Source: Marsupella aquatica (taxonomy: Eukaryota > Plantae > Marchantiophyta). Taken from it: a stretch of DNA of 64,000 nucleotides. The notes beneath the pieces were generated by a model. That model saw only the letters and a list, made by a program, of their open reading frames with translations. It was not told the origin of the DNA and did no database searches. Of this stretch, positions 22,743 to 36,014 are shown in pieces (the stretch's first letter is position 1; every line of letters starts with the position of its first letter). The DNA is taken from positions 17,873,437-17,937,436 of the forward strand of contig OZ316895.1 in NCBI GenBank assembly GCA_973895155.1. The letters run 5' to 3'. Both the position numbers and the translations under genes were made by a program.

Positions 22743-25123
22743 GGCGAATTTCCTTTGAGAGCGAGCGAAAGGAGAGGGGTCGGGACGTGATTTTGATAAG
22801 GTCCTGAACTTCTACTGTATTCTTTTCGACGAAGGCAAAAACTGAGGAATGCTTTCTCAAGGGAAAAAGGTCAGAATTCCATGAAAGGGAAATTTATTTG
22901 TTATGCGGTCTCTGACACTATCGTTCGTTCAGTGTTGCAACTCAAACCAGTTTATGATGTTGTCAAACAAGCGCTACAGCACCGGATCATTGATGCAAGG
23001 ATGCATCGACGCTGTACATTGAGGTTGCCCGCCAACAATTCAAGAAGATGTGGACCCTCCATTTCTAAGACTTTCTCTCGTTTTCCCTTTGCTTTTTGGC
23101 TTGTTCTGTTGTCGATTAGACAAAAGAAATTTCAAAACAAAAGCACAACAAGGATTATATATAATTGATGCATGACGAGACCTCGCGGAGGACCACTCTA
23201 CGCGTTGGGCTCCATCCGCTTGCGACTGGAGACATATTCCAGCTTTGGATCGATATGGTAGTGCCTTTTAATCAATGAATTGACGTAATGAACCATCTAT
23301 CTGCGATCTTAATTGTCCCTCGGATCTGCTGCGGTGCCCTCCTTGGGACCCAAGCTGGAGATCCTCAATATCAGATCAGATTCATATGGACAGGGAACCA
23401 CGCGGCTTGGATGGTTGAAAATATGCTCTCTTTTTTCCTACTACAGGCCCCAAGTCTGAGCGGAAGGGGTCACCATGCATCCCGAATTGAAGGTAAAGGT
23501 ATGTGCAGTTCATGCTTGCGTAGTTATCTTGCAGTCCTAATTTCTAGCCCAATGGTCCAGTTCTGAGATACAGCTTAATGAAGTTGGCTTGCCTGCTTAC
23601 AAGAGTGATTAAGTACTAGCTAGCTCTGCACTTCGTAACATATCAGCTATCATCAACAAAAACTAAATACATGTTGGATTGGGGCTGGCAGGCTCTTAGT
23701 GAAGGGTGATCGATGAAACACTTCCTGGGTGACAGAGTCAATGGCATCATGGATCGCAGTCGTAGCACATATCTGGTTCCAAACTGCATCTGACAGGTGC
23801 GTGTCCTCCATACTGGTTTCATAGCACTGGAGTTGGATCTTGTGGCGTCCAAACTTTTTCTCTAGGAATGCACAACTTCATTAATATTGCTCCTCCATCT
23901 GCTGTCGCTTCGTCCAGTCGGTTCTGTATCTCATATCGAGGTCTAGATGTGGAAATAGGGTGGACCTTCCAAGTAACATTTTAAACTGGCGATCCTGAAA
24001 AATGGCTGCGCTTATTTAGCTACAGTAGTGATCATGGAATTGGGGCGAATAGGACTCTGGCCTAATGAACACCCCGCTATATGGATCTCTGCCTAGATGT
24101 GAAATTTGGTGCTAATGTAGTGCCGCAATGGCTTTCAATCGTTGGAGGTCCCGCAACTAAATGATCGTGCTCAGCGTCATCGATCTTGATCATGCTTATA
24201 AACTTCCTGATGTGTATCATGCAACAAAGTTTAATACTGAACTCTCTTGAACACATTTGGTGTGTAACTTTATCGACATTGAAGGGAACCGGTAGTTGAC
24301 ATGCAAATTCTTCTGGTACAGGTTTGCAAGACTGGAAATCCTTACGGAATTGCGGAGGAGATAGTGTTTAGTATGCCGTGCAGGTTTAAGGTAGCTAATC
24401 ATATCTTCATTTTATTGGTATCTTAGGATTTCTAAAAGATTGTATGCTTGTCTTAAAGATTGTTGTCAGATTGACTTCCTCCGTAAAATCTGACTTCATC
24501 TGAATATGTAAGCCATGTTGGCAATGCTAATTAAGGAATTGTAGGTTACCCTGGTTTTAAAACCATTTTGGCTTTCATTTACACGTGTTCAGCCCATCCC
24601 AGGGTGGACATCATTCTTCTCACAGCTCATGCCAGAGTGCGAGAAGAATCATGATGAAAATCTAAATGTGAGAGAAAAAAAGTAAGTTCAAATAAGCATT
24701 CACTGTGCAAGGGGTTTTTGACATTAGTAGGGTTTGTCATGAGTAATAAATTACCTAAGAACGGATGAGGATGCAGCTAATATACCGTTGCTGCTAAATG
24801 TAGGCTGCTCTGAAGACGTGCTCGAGCTGTTTCTTCTCATTTATCCCTGGATTTTTCTAGCTGCTTTACACCTGACCTCCCAGACCCCATTACTGTACTA
24901 CAGACGTTGATCAGAATCATAGGGCAGACGAAAGGAAACACGGTGAGAAGGAGAGTGGAGGGAGAGGATCACGAGGAACCACACTCGAGGGTGGTTAATG
25001 AAACGAGGAGGCAGGTTGGGCACTTAGAATTGGATACTTGTCCAGAAGAAGAGGAAGATTTCGGAGGGATTTCGTCTATTCCAAAGAAGACAAGTACATG
25101 TCTCATTTTCCATTTTGCACAAT

Positions 25124-27622
25124 ATGATGTATGACTGTGACATTTGTGGATGTAAGGGTTTCAAAAACCCTGGGGGCTTAGCATCACATAAGGCAACCAG
25201 TCGTGCTTGCAAATTGGCTGGTGTTTGCAAGAAGAACACTGACATGGGACCCCAACGGGAGATTGAACAAACCTGTGATTTGGAACAACAGACGGCAGAT
25301 GATTTTATTAACTTGATGGATCCATTAGCATCTAAGTTTTCTACGCCAGAAGCCAACGATGTTGAAGATGTGATGTGTACTCCGTTCAGTGAGTTTTGTA
25401 AAGGTAGCAAACCGAAGCATCGGTTTGATTCTACATTACGTCTTGTGGCCTTTATACGACAATGTAGAAATACCATGGGCCTTTCTGTGAAAGACATTAG
25501 AAGGCTGTTAGGGCTGCTTTTCCATCCCAAGTTTTGTTTGGATGGTATCACTGTAAAAAATGCAAGTGATCTTCTTAAGTATGAGAAGCAGATGGCGAGA
25601 ACTCATTGTACAGAATGGAACCAAGTGATAGTCCGAGAGAGGGATGAACGTGTGCCGGAGTTGACACTACACTATCAAGATCCAATCGAAGCATTGTCCC
25701 TGTTATTCTCAAATGCATGCAACAAAGAGGATTTTAAATTGGGTCCTACTAGAGCAAACTCAAGAGGTTCTTACAGTACTCCAGACACTGGACAGTGGTG
25801 GAGTAAAATGCAGGTGAGCTTTCATACTTTGGAATACATTTCTTGGGTTGGATTTTATAATCAGCTTCATGATAATAACACTATGTCTCTCTTTGTGATC
25901 GGCATGTAGGATGAAATTGATAAGAAGTGCCCTGGCGGAGTCATTGCAGCGGTGATTCTTTACTCTGACCAAACACCATTGTCAAATAACCAAAGAGTCA
26001 GTGGGTACCCATTGATGATGTCTTTGGCAAACATTGCATGTGCTGGAAGACGTGAGAAGTTTGGTAATGCCTTGTTGGCCATACTCCCTACGTATGGAGC
26101 CTGCGATCCAGATATTACAAATGCAACCAATCCGACTCTTCTCAAATCTTCTTTGCTACACAAGTGCTTGAGTATAGTGTTGGCACCATTGAAAGAACTG
26201 AGTTACATGTAAGTGATCAAACTGAGAAACTGAGTTACATGTAAGTGTTCAAACTGAGTTACGTGTAAGTGATCGAAGTGGCTATCTATTTGATGAAGAC
26301 TTGAAATTCTGCTGCACTAATGCATCAATGTTGTATCTGTTTCAGAGGTTTGCCATTGGAAGATCCTAGCGGATCACAGAAGTGGGTGTTTCCATTGATT
26401 TATGGATATATTGGGGACCATCCAGAAACCTGCAAGGTGACATGCACCTTTGATTCAAATCGATGTAATTTCCCTTGCAGTGTTTGCTTGTGTCCTAAAG
26501 ATCAGCTGAATGCAGTGGCATTGAGACATGAGTACAGAGAAGAAGCTCAAATGAAAACTATTCATCGTGAGATGATCAGTTTACCTACAAATATGACTAA
26601 TGAAGTATCCAGACTAAATTCAATACATCCGGTTGAGGTATGTTAACAAGTCCTTCTCTTTTTGTACCTAGCAGTCTGTTTTTACATCAATATTGATATT
26701 TGAGTCTTTTCCTATAGGTCAATTTTGACACTTGTGATTGATTGTGATGTGCAGTGTGCCTTGTGGGATTTTTTTGGTGGAAATACTATCCTTGGGAATC
26801 CCTATAGGTCTGTTCATCCCGATAAAATGCACCAATTTGACTTAGGATTATTCAAAACTTTTATTAGCATTCTCAAAGCGATGGCAGTTGAAGTGCCGAG
26901 AGTAACCTTCAAGCATAAAGCATTGGACATCTTAGATAAAAGGATGGCTTTAGTTGCACTTAATCATAGGTATCCAGAATTCAGATTGCCTGCTTGTAAG
27001 GGGAGAACTGGATATTTTACATCTAACGCCACATTCCAAGCATTTGAGCACCGTTCGGTGTTCCAAGTTATTATTCCGTTACTGCTGGGAGTGTATCCAA
27101 CACCCGTCATCATCAACGATTACTTGCCATTGGTAAAAAAGATTGCACACCCACAGACCTTGAAAGCTCTCGTGAAAGGGAAACTGCTCTTGATAAGGTA
27201 AGTATGAGCATGGAAGTTCATATTCTTGTTAAAGTTCAAATAGACTTTAGATAGAAAAATGTGTGAACAAAATACTCTTTATGAAGTAAGTCTGATTGAA
27301 ACTCCGAAGTCAAATACTTCTGCGGTGTATAGCAAGTTTTTATGTAGCTATGTAATGAATATAATTATACCAATAGTTCTGTTGCCCGGGCCCAAGTGTT
27401 TGACAAGTGGAATTTTTGTTCTTGGATTTGCAGGCTGTACGTTCAGGAGCTAGTGTGTTGATGGGCTTGAAATTACGTTTCCAAATGGAATGGTTACAAA
27501 GAAGACCTGAAGATGTACCTTCCCGTGGAAAGGGTCTTCTGACTGCACAACCTGAAATTAGAACGAATCTGAAAATGACTGTTGAAACCTATTGTAGAGA
27601 AAACGATTTACATGATTTGGAG
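25124..27622 (+). pseudogene. Plavaka-type transposase, intron-containing, apparently internally deleted (exons ~25124-25813, 25910-26208, 26346-26637, 26755-27197, 27433-27621)
   Basis: N-terminal C2H2-like finger; VILYSDQT..GYPLMMSLANI; PLIYGYIGDHPETC; PDKMHQFDLGLFK. The first three GT-AG introns preserve the frame. Confidence 0.85.
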
Positions 27623-27663
27623 GTACAAACTTTCTCACCTTTGTATTCATCAATTCATCAATT

Positions 27664-27790
27664 CTGAGGGCACCATGCGCTTGTACCAATCCGGCTTCTC
27701 ACCGTAGCACCGCATGTTGATTTTCTCCACTTGGTAATTGATCTGCTTCTCCTCCAGCTGAAGCCACACCCGCTCACAGTAAGGGTGTGT
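27664..27790 (-). pseudogene. Captured glutathione S-transferase N-terminal fragment (Iota-class-like)
   Basis: [40 protein letters not shown]. Confidence 0.75.
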
Positions 27791-30059
27791 TGCTTTGGGG
27801 TTTGGATGGAAGATCTTCTCATACTTTTTCTTCTCAAAACTTGTAGTTTTGATTCTCAAGTTTTGATGGCAAAGCTGGGATGATTCGTAAAAGAGTCCAG
27901 CAGGAGGAATTGATCCTGGAGAAGATACCGCTACTGCTATGCTTCTAGGGCTTCCTCCAACTGTTACGCTGAGCTGAGATTCCTCTGCCCGGGCAAGGTT
28001 TCCCCAACAGAGCCTTCGCGTAATGAATATTCTTTCCTTAGTCCATGGGAAGGAAAGATGAGACTTGAAATTTGAGGGGTCTGCAAGATTGCACTACTTA
28101 GACTGATTTGAACCTTTGTCAAACAGGTAAGATTGTATTTCTCAAAACTGTACCATTGAGCTCCGTATTCCCGACACGGGAACGGAGCTGACTCGATGGA
28201 ACTTTTGGATATGGACCGCTTTAGGCAACAGTCCTCAGCCAGGTATGATTAATTTTGTATGAATGTCATTTTGTTGGATTTGATGTGACCAAACAACCTT
28301 GAATACATTCTCAACAAAGACGTTTGATTTGCAGAGTTTATCCTTCATCTTCCGGTTTGATTGGTATTGGCATCCGCCATTGTTCTTGTACACGGCCTTC
28401 AGGTAATGAGACTGAAGAGCGATTTCAACGTTATGCGTGCCTACTTTTAAACAGAAACTCTTGTTCCAGCACCACGGTGTGACATTTATAGTTGCGGGAA
28501 TTTCCTGCTATGAGGCTTATGTGATCAAGACTTGAGTTGAACTTCAAGTTTGATTCCTTTTTCGTGTTAAGAAGCACAGGGTGGGTGGGAGGGGAGGGGA
28601 GGGGAGGGGAGGGGAGGCTGTTACATTCATGTTGTATGTGTCTCTTCACGGATTGTATAAGAGCCAAGTTTAAGAATGATGGATAGCCTTTATTTCTGGA
28701 TTGTAGGAGAGGGAGGGAAGCGCTTTCACGTTCATGTCATCTGTGTCTAATCACGATGGATTGTACAGATGATGGCTAGGCTTTATTTCTAAGTAGTCTC
28801 TTTTCAGAAACCTGAGATTCTGGTTTGTGTATAGCGCAGAAAGGACAGTGTAGGCAACTTACAAATGAACGCCTGTCAAGATGCCCTAAGAGTCTGTCCT
28901 TTACACAACCCAAGGATAACATGTGACTTCTGGCTGAAGTATTTTAGTACCAATTCGACAGGCTTTTGACTCTGTACTTTCTGTGGGTACAGTGAAATAC
29001 GGGAGAAGGAACGAGCTTCTTGATACCTGGATATGCCTTTCACAATTGTTTCAATATTCTATTCTAAGATCATTGCATTCTTGACAGATAGCCGGTACTC
29101 TCAGTTGGAAAGGAGTCATTTAACTTTTGCAAGTTATCCGGACTCCGAAACAGTTTCTCGGTCCCACCGTATTTATGTTGGAGGAGGACGCGTAGTGCAG
29201 ATTAGAAGACAAGTAGGAATGGAAAGAAGGGATGCGGTGCGGGATGCGGTGCGGAGAGATGGATGTGTGATTTTAAGAATTTGCTGAAGCAGTGGTAGCA
29301 GGAGGCAGGGAGGGTGGCGGGGAGGGAGCAGGGAGTGTCGTCAATGAACATCAGTTGCTCGCAATCGGTGCGTGTGGATGGGGACTTGGCCGCCCCGTGT
29401 GGCGTCACGGTTTCTTGCAGACAAGGCACGTCATTGCTTGTTGGTGTGCTCTGTTGTTCCTTGTTTGGTGGAATTTACATACTATGACAACATTTTCCGT
29501 GATGGATCTTCGAGAATTATGGTTGCCTTCGCACTTTTTCTGGTCTTGTCATGCCATATTTTAAATTATTTCAACGGGGCGAGATGGATGGTATCCGAAT
29601 CCAGGTGAGAGAAGATTCTTGCGGAAGTCATGCAATGTAGCCAGGTGGACGGAGTGCCGAGAAAAAGAGTGGTCAATGTGTCTGAAGATGGGATCGCTCG
29701 GATTTGCGTGTGGGCTCTGCGCTGGCTCTCACATGTATGAAGAGAGTGGCAGGATAGGTCGGCAAGCACCAGAAAAACAAGTCTTCTCCCAAGATTTAGA
29801 GCTCTGGACTAGCCCAAGTTAATCTTAAATTAGGAAAGTTCTCTTATGATTCTCTAGGACAAACTGTCATGATTGGAATCCAGCGGTAACATATTTGTTA
29901 AAACTTTGATAACTCTAGCTCTAGTCGACCTTTAATATGGAGACGAATATTTGACTACATAGCTCAAATTTCTTTTGCATCTTGATCAAAAGTTCATTGG
30001 AAACATTTAAAGTGAGCTTTTGAAATAGGTTGCGAAAGTGTATTCAAATTGGAAACATT

Positions 30060-31079
30060 GGGATACCCCAAAAAATTTATCTATTCAATGATAGTTGTGA
30101 TGCATCAACAACAAATCATTGTCTCTGTCAACAACATTGATGAGCTTAAGGGAGATTGATGAAATAACAATGGAATAACAACTTCTCACCAATAAGATGA
30201 CAATGCAAATACAAGGAAATGATAATGAGAAAATAGTATTGAAATGCTAATGAAATGACATTAAATTGACATAGATTCAACGAGGAACTGAAAAAGAATC
30301 TGTAATGAAAAAATGACAAATAAATCACGAGGAACTGAAAAAGAATCTGTAATGAAAAAATGACAAATAAATCACACTGGTGATATTCTGAAAACTATGT
30401 TGAACTAACAACAAATCAACTACAAAAACACTGTTGTTTATCGAGTACCAAATGATGACCAATGTCACAATGAAATGGCACTGAAATGACAATTTAACAG
30501 ATGATGAAATAATGATAAACTCATGATACAATATGGCACTGAAATGACAATTTAACAGATGATGAAATAATGATAAACTCATGATACAATATGATGGAAA
30601 TCATGATGATGGATCAATGGAATGGTATTGGATCAATATTGACTGAATGACAATGGACAAATGATATAGGTTCATGATGAAAGGACAATGATTTGTCAAT
30701 GAAGTGATAATGAATAAGCAATGAAACATGAATGATCCTTCAATGAAAATATGGCTTTTACACAATGAAAACACAATGATTACACACTAATGTGGCATTG
30801 ATATATTGATAATTCAACATGCTAGACCAATGATGAATCAATGCAAATTCTTTGTTTATTATTTTGAAATTGAATCAATGTTGATCATACAATGGATAAT
30901 TGATGAATCAATTTAAAAAAAATACAAAACAATGAATCAATGAGTAAACATTGTAAATTCAACAATGACATGTCAGCGTGTAATAAGCAATGACACATTA
31001 CTTGGTCAATATCGTACCCCGCACAGTCAATTTCATTGATGATTATTTGATGAATATTCTTCACCCCATTTTCCTGATG
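30060..31079. repeat. AT-rich subterminal region of the Plavaka element with many short CAATGA/TCATTG motifs and local duplications
   Basis: Mirror-image composition of 13740-14336 and 18789-18910; duplications at 30279-30375 and 30470-30592. Confidence 0.7.
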
Positions 31080-31149
31080 TAAGTGCCCCTGGTGCCCGAA
31101 CGCCTCCATGGAATACTTCGAGCAAGCCACTTAGTGCCCCTTGCACCCA

Positions 31150-31493
31150 TGTTAGATATTGCTCTAGTCTTGTGACTCATGGACTAACCATAGTTAGTCT
31201 AACTTGGGTTAGGACTTAGCTAATGTTAGCGGTAGTGCTGTTGTGCATATAGTCAGGGCTGATGCTAGACCCTGGTGAAACTTAGGCTCATTGTTACGGA
31301 GCTAGTTGAGAGATAGGAAGAGCTTGCGCTGTGGATGCTTGGTATGGCCAGTCGGCCTAGAGTGCAGTAAAGCTCTTGTGTGTTCCCGTGGACGTAGCCT
31401 CATGTGGAGGTGAACCACATATTTTTCTGTGTCAGCTATTGTGCGTTGGATGGTTCATGGGCTTGCCGTTACGAATGTCGTCTATGATCAACA
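31150..31493 (+). mobile_element. Solo LTR (344 bp), same family as 917-1264
   Basis: TGTTAG...TCAACA with TSD ACCCA at 31145-31149 and 31494-31498. Confidence 0.9.
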
Positions 31494-34400
31494 ACCCACC
31501 CGTGGCCCCTCCCATAGGAAGCCTCTCCAATACGACCGTTACTCAACGGTCATCACTGTCTGCACAAACAACCAAGAGCCTTGGTAAGTAACCTCTCAGG
31601 ATCTAGAACTCGCCAAGTCTAGCATCCTAACTCAAACTCAACAGATATTGGTAAATAGGTCAGCGATTGGTCCTCCCGATGCCATAAGCCGGAACTAGAA
31701 CCCACGCCCATTGTTCATGATCCAGAATAGCTCCTTCCTTGGGCGTGACCCGAGTTCTCCCTTGTACCTATCCATCAATGCCCTGACCCCAGGACATGCT
31801 CATGGCCCAAATAGCGTAGCTTGTCCCAACACGTCGGGACCAAAATGACCCCCAGTCTAGCAACCAACTCCCGGTTCTCACCCCATTGATGGTCTAGGGG
31901 CCAAGCACCCTTGGAACTCAACCTCCACACCTACTTGGCCTTGCCTCCCCAACGCAAGCTCCCTTGGGAGACTACATGCGGCTTGGCTGCTGTTCGGCAG
32001 GATTTTGGCCAGCGGGTGAGCTAACACTCGCAAACCTCAAGAACCCATGGCTCCCCTAGACCCAGATGAGCTCAGGAGGATGTAGCCCTCCTTAAGAGAT
32101 TTCCAACGCACCCAAGAAGTCCTCCAACGGACTTCCCGTTGGGAAGATATCGCCGTTTCCGTTTAACATTTTTCCTTAGTGTCGCGATTGCCGCGGCTCA
32201 CGACTTCGGTTCGCCCTTGGCCCCCAGGGAGACACCGCTCCTCTCATATATGCTTTTGGAGACCTGCCACCCCCGGACCAGCATTGGTCCCTAAACATTT
32301 GGCCTCCAACCCGAATTCTATCGCGCATACTGGGCGCGCCATCAACTGGCAACGCCCATAATTTTCTCGTTAGGCGTCCGCAAGCGGAGTGCCTTAGCCT
32401 GTTGTGATCGGGCCAACCTAGTGCTCATGCCTAGGCCCTCAGGTCTCATTGCCGCTCGGGGTTCCCGATCAGCCAAACCCGGATCGGGCCATAGCTCACG
32501 CCCCAAGCGTCCGTTGCCCATGGCGTCAACTCAATTGACCTTGGGCCCAAGAGGAGCTCACACTCAAGCCCTCAAAACTCAAGTCCGTCTAGGGGTCCGG
32601 ATGGTCGACCTTGAGTTCGGCCCCTTTTCCCCTTGACCCGACCAGTTCTCAGCTAGCCTAAGTCCTTAGTGTATGTCACCAGCTTGGCTCCTTGCCTTTG
32701 CTAGCGCCATGTCTCATTGCCCACAAGTCTCCCCATGCTAAGTCCTCCCCATATGGCCTATCCGTTCCTTGACCATAAGGGAGCTCGGCATCGGAGTCAG
32801 CAACGCCGGAGCTAAGTGTTAAGGTAGTCGAGTTCCGCGACTGGAGACGACCATGCGTGGTGGCATGGCTGAAAACTGTGAAATATGGCCTTACACGGGG
32901 AACAAGGGTACGGGCCATAATGAGGGGGCTGATCAAATAAAGTTTCTGGTAGAAGGGGTCTATTGAGCATATCCCTCTTCATAAATACATCTACAAGGCA
33001 TTGCTGTAAGGAAGCTAGAAAGCTTCATAGTCTGGCAGAATTTTTTGTTAAAAGGTTATACAGAAGGTTGAGAAGCTGTTGTATGTGTTTTATATGAGTT
33101 GCAATGGTCCGGGGGACGTCCAGAGCCAGAACTTTCACCCTCGGACGTGGCTATTGAGGCATATTTAGGCACAAACTTCTCACGCACTAATACGGTCCCA
33201 GACCGTCGACTTCGGATCGCAAAGTGAAGGGCCGGGACACCTGAGGGTCAAGTGTTATTACCTGAACCATATTTGCGCGGACCTATCTGTTTGTCGTATT
33301 GCTCGAGCATTGCGTCGTCCCATTAGGGTTACACCAGCCACTGCCGTCGAGTCTCCTGCACGTTTAGGTTACGGTAGCCGTGAGGTTGGGAACTGTGGTT
33401 GCTGAATGAGTGAGATTTGCGGAAATGTGAAAAGACTTTAGAGCTACCAATTGTAGGATTCTTGTCTACCAATTGTAGGATTCTTGTCCTGGAGTGATGG
33501 CATGACTGTGTCAATCGGAGCTTTCGTTTGGTATCTTGAAATCGGGTAGAGCGAGGCTGGGCTCGTCGAAGCGCTGAGAGCACGGGTACTGGCGCTGGTT
33601 TCAGTTGATGTGTGAGATCGTGGTCATATGTTGTTGTACAAGAAACTTGGAGAGCATGATGCTGGGCTAGAGTTTCTCAGTGAATGTTTGTTCGAGTGGT
33701 TGATATTCTTGCTGCTCTGTTCGTCAAATCGACGGTGCGTGCAGTTTGCTGCACTAGGAACTCGGGGAGCATTATGTCGAAGTAGATCTTCTCAATGATA
33801 TTCATGCTCCTCGGTCCCCAGAATTTACATTGCATTCAGTTTGGCGTACAGCAAACTGGGAGAGCATGATGCTAAACTAGAGTTTTTCAGTGAATGTTTG
33901 TTTTAGTGGTTGAGATTCTTGTTGCTTTGTCCTTCGAATCTACGTTGTTTTCAGTTTGTGAAAGCCATCGGTCCACGGCGCAGCATTCAGGGTTGGCATG
34001 TTTTCGATGATTATACACTTGTTCTATCTCAGATATATCGTGGTGATCTATATATCCGTTGTATGAGAATAGCACGCCAGCCACTGATGCACTTGTCGCG
34101 GTCCATGCCTTTCTTCAACTCGCTTTGTCTTCCCGTCCTTGTGACGTTCTCATTCTGGTCTGTATTTCTTCGAGTTTGTCACTTAGTCCGAGGTGAGAGA
34201 ATCACTCTGTATATATTTCGATACGGGTGAGTAAATGTCACCTAGTGGTCTCATGACTATGTTTCGCTAGCCATACAGCCGTTCTCGCATTTCTCGGTCT
34301 GCAAGGAGGAGCTGGGTACTTGTCGCTATGAACCCTACATCTTGAAGACTTCACCCCCAAGCCTACAATGACTCGATCAGGTCACGCTTACTGAAACTAA

Positions 34401-34559
34401 GGGTCTGGCGACGAAATGCGGTTTGCCCTTTGAATCACCATATCCTGAGAAGGCTTTGCTGAGAGGCGATCCGACTTTCGACATGTGTACGTTAGCGGGT
34501 ATTTGATAACCTTTAAAGAACTGACTGAACATCTTCCATGTCATCGTCAGTGCCATCAC

Positions 34560-34720
34560 TGCTCTCATCTGTTGGACTCAAAGCAGCATTTGATGGTCGC
34601 AAGAGGACATCCTCTCGTCTGTTAAACTCAAGGCAGCATTTGATGGTCTCAAGAGGACAAGAGGACATCGTCTCGTCTGTTAGACTCAAAGCAGCATTTG
34701 CTTGTCTCAAGAGGACATCT
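34560..34720. repeat. Degenerate tandem repeat, ~50-60-bp unit x3
   Basis: CTCGTCTGTTAGACTCAAAGCAGCATTTGATGGTCTCAAGAGGACA variants. Confidence 0.75.
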
Positions 34721-35384
34721 CTCAGCTCTTGCTTTGCACCGTGAAATGCATCCAACCTGACCTGCCCTTCCTGAAATCCAAGCCATCCTTGAAGCTCACT
34801 CTTCTTGCCCTCCAGGCACTTGCTTCTTCTGCGCGGATTGGTTCCGGCCCTTCTGGTCCGTCGTTGATGTAAGTAAGTGGTCAAAATACATCTCTAGCGT
34901 CAAGGAATTCTCCCCCTTCTTCAAAATCTCGGGGCAGAAAAGAATGATTTCCCAAATCCGAACGCCCGGCTCTTCAGTTTTTGGCTTCCTATTGTCCTTG
35001 TGGGACTGTGGCACTGTGAGGTGCTGTTCTCCGTGTTCCCAGGGAGAGAACCATCGACACAGAATAAAACATGTGTGTTCTGGAAATGGCCGAGAGACTG
35101 CATGACACTGCACCACATAAGGTGGCTCCAAACAGTGAACGTGTGAGCTTATAACCTTCATCGCCCATTCGCCACCTAATCAAAATGCTCTGAAGTGTTT
35201 CGTGTGCTTTACTCGTCTTTCGCCCAAATAAGTCTGGTAAGTGAGGGTGTCGGGGTGTGCACGGTAGAATTTATCCTTATTTCCTAGTATTTGTCCACTT
35301 TCTCTGCGCAGCTTGCCCAACAATCTGACATTCCTCTCGCCCGCCTTGGCAGGCATGGCGATTTTCCTTCACGATGTAGAACAT

Positions 35385-35692
35385 GTTCTGTATCATCTCT
35401 CAAAGATACATAGATGTATTCGCTCCCAACACATTCTGTATATCTCATCAAAGATACATGATGCACTTCGTTCTGTATCATCTCTCAAAGATACATAGAT
35501 GCATTCGCTCCCAACACATTCTGTATGATCTCATCAAAGATACATGATGCACTTCTGGGAGAGATCAAGAGAGCTATCGGCCCAAGGGTAGATACATGAT
35601 GCACTTCTGGGAGAGATCAAGAGAGCTATCGGCCCAAGGGTAGATACATGATGCACTTCTGGGGAGAGATCAAGAGAGCTATCCGCCCAAGG
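35385..35692. repeat. Two adjacent minisatellites (~85 bp x2 and ~53 bp x3)
   Basis: TCTGTATCATCTCTCAAAGATACATAGATG... and AGATACATGATGCACTTCTGGGAGAGATCAAGAGAGCTATCGGCCCAAGGGT repeats. Confidence 0.85.
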
Positions 35693-36014
35693 GTTTAGGG
35701 TTGAAACAATTGTTGACAACTGCTGTCGACACTTTCTTGAAAAATTATATCGAATGAAAGTCCAAACGTCGACTCATTTTTTAAATTGGAGCACGACACG
35801 GTCGTTTGTCAATAGATAAAACATGGTTTCTATGCTTGATTGAGGTCTTTTGTTGCGCGATTGGACCCGCATAACAATCAGCTTCGTCGCAGAGCAGCGG
35901 TGTTCGAAGAGGTCGACCTCGAAGATTCGACGCGGTTAACATCACTTACGAAGCATCCGCCAGAATCCGTTTCCAGTTTTTGGCAAGAGTGCAAGTTTGT
36001 CAGGAGTACTAGTT

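Larger units (their letters stand above)
13740..31079 (+). mobile_element. 17.3-kb Plavaka-type (CMC/CACTA-like) DNA transposon with captured gene fragments
   Basis: TIRs CATCAGGAAA(T/A)TGG at both ends; TA duplicated at 13738-13739 and 31080-31081. The flanks rejoin to CACGCCTAAGTGCCCC as in the intact LTR at ~48980. Internal Plavaka transposase. Confidence 0.85.
10220..32842 (-). mobile_element. Chromovirus copy 2 (RT/RH/most of INT deleted; 5' LTR interrupted by nested insertions)
   Basis: Truncated 3' LTR 10220-10714, PPT ~10718-10728, chromodomain 11158-11382, deletion junction ~11500, PR and gag 11650-13460, PBS 13674-13685. 5' LTR in pieces 13688-13739, 31080-31149 and 31499-32842. 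Confidence 0.9.

Noticed and set aside
13740-31079. Tc1/mariner assignment from the TA duplication
   Set aside because: Internal transposase motifs are Plavaka-type, and one site cannot show TA specificity versus a generic 2-bp TSD.
35385-35692. CRISPR-like repeat array
   Set aside because: Units are contiguous tandem copies with no unique spacers, there are no cas genes, and the context is eukaryotic.
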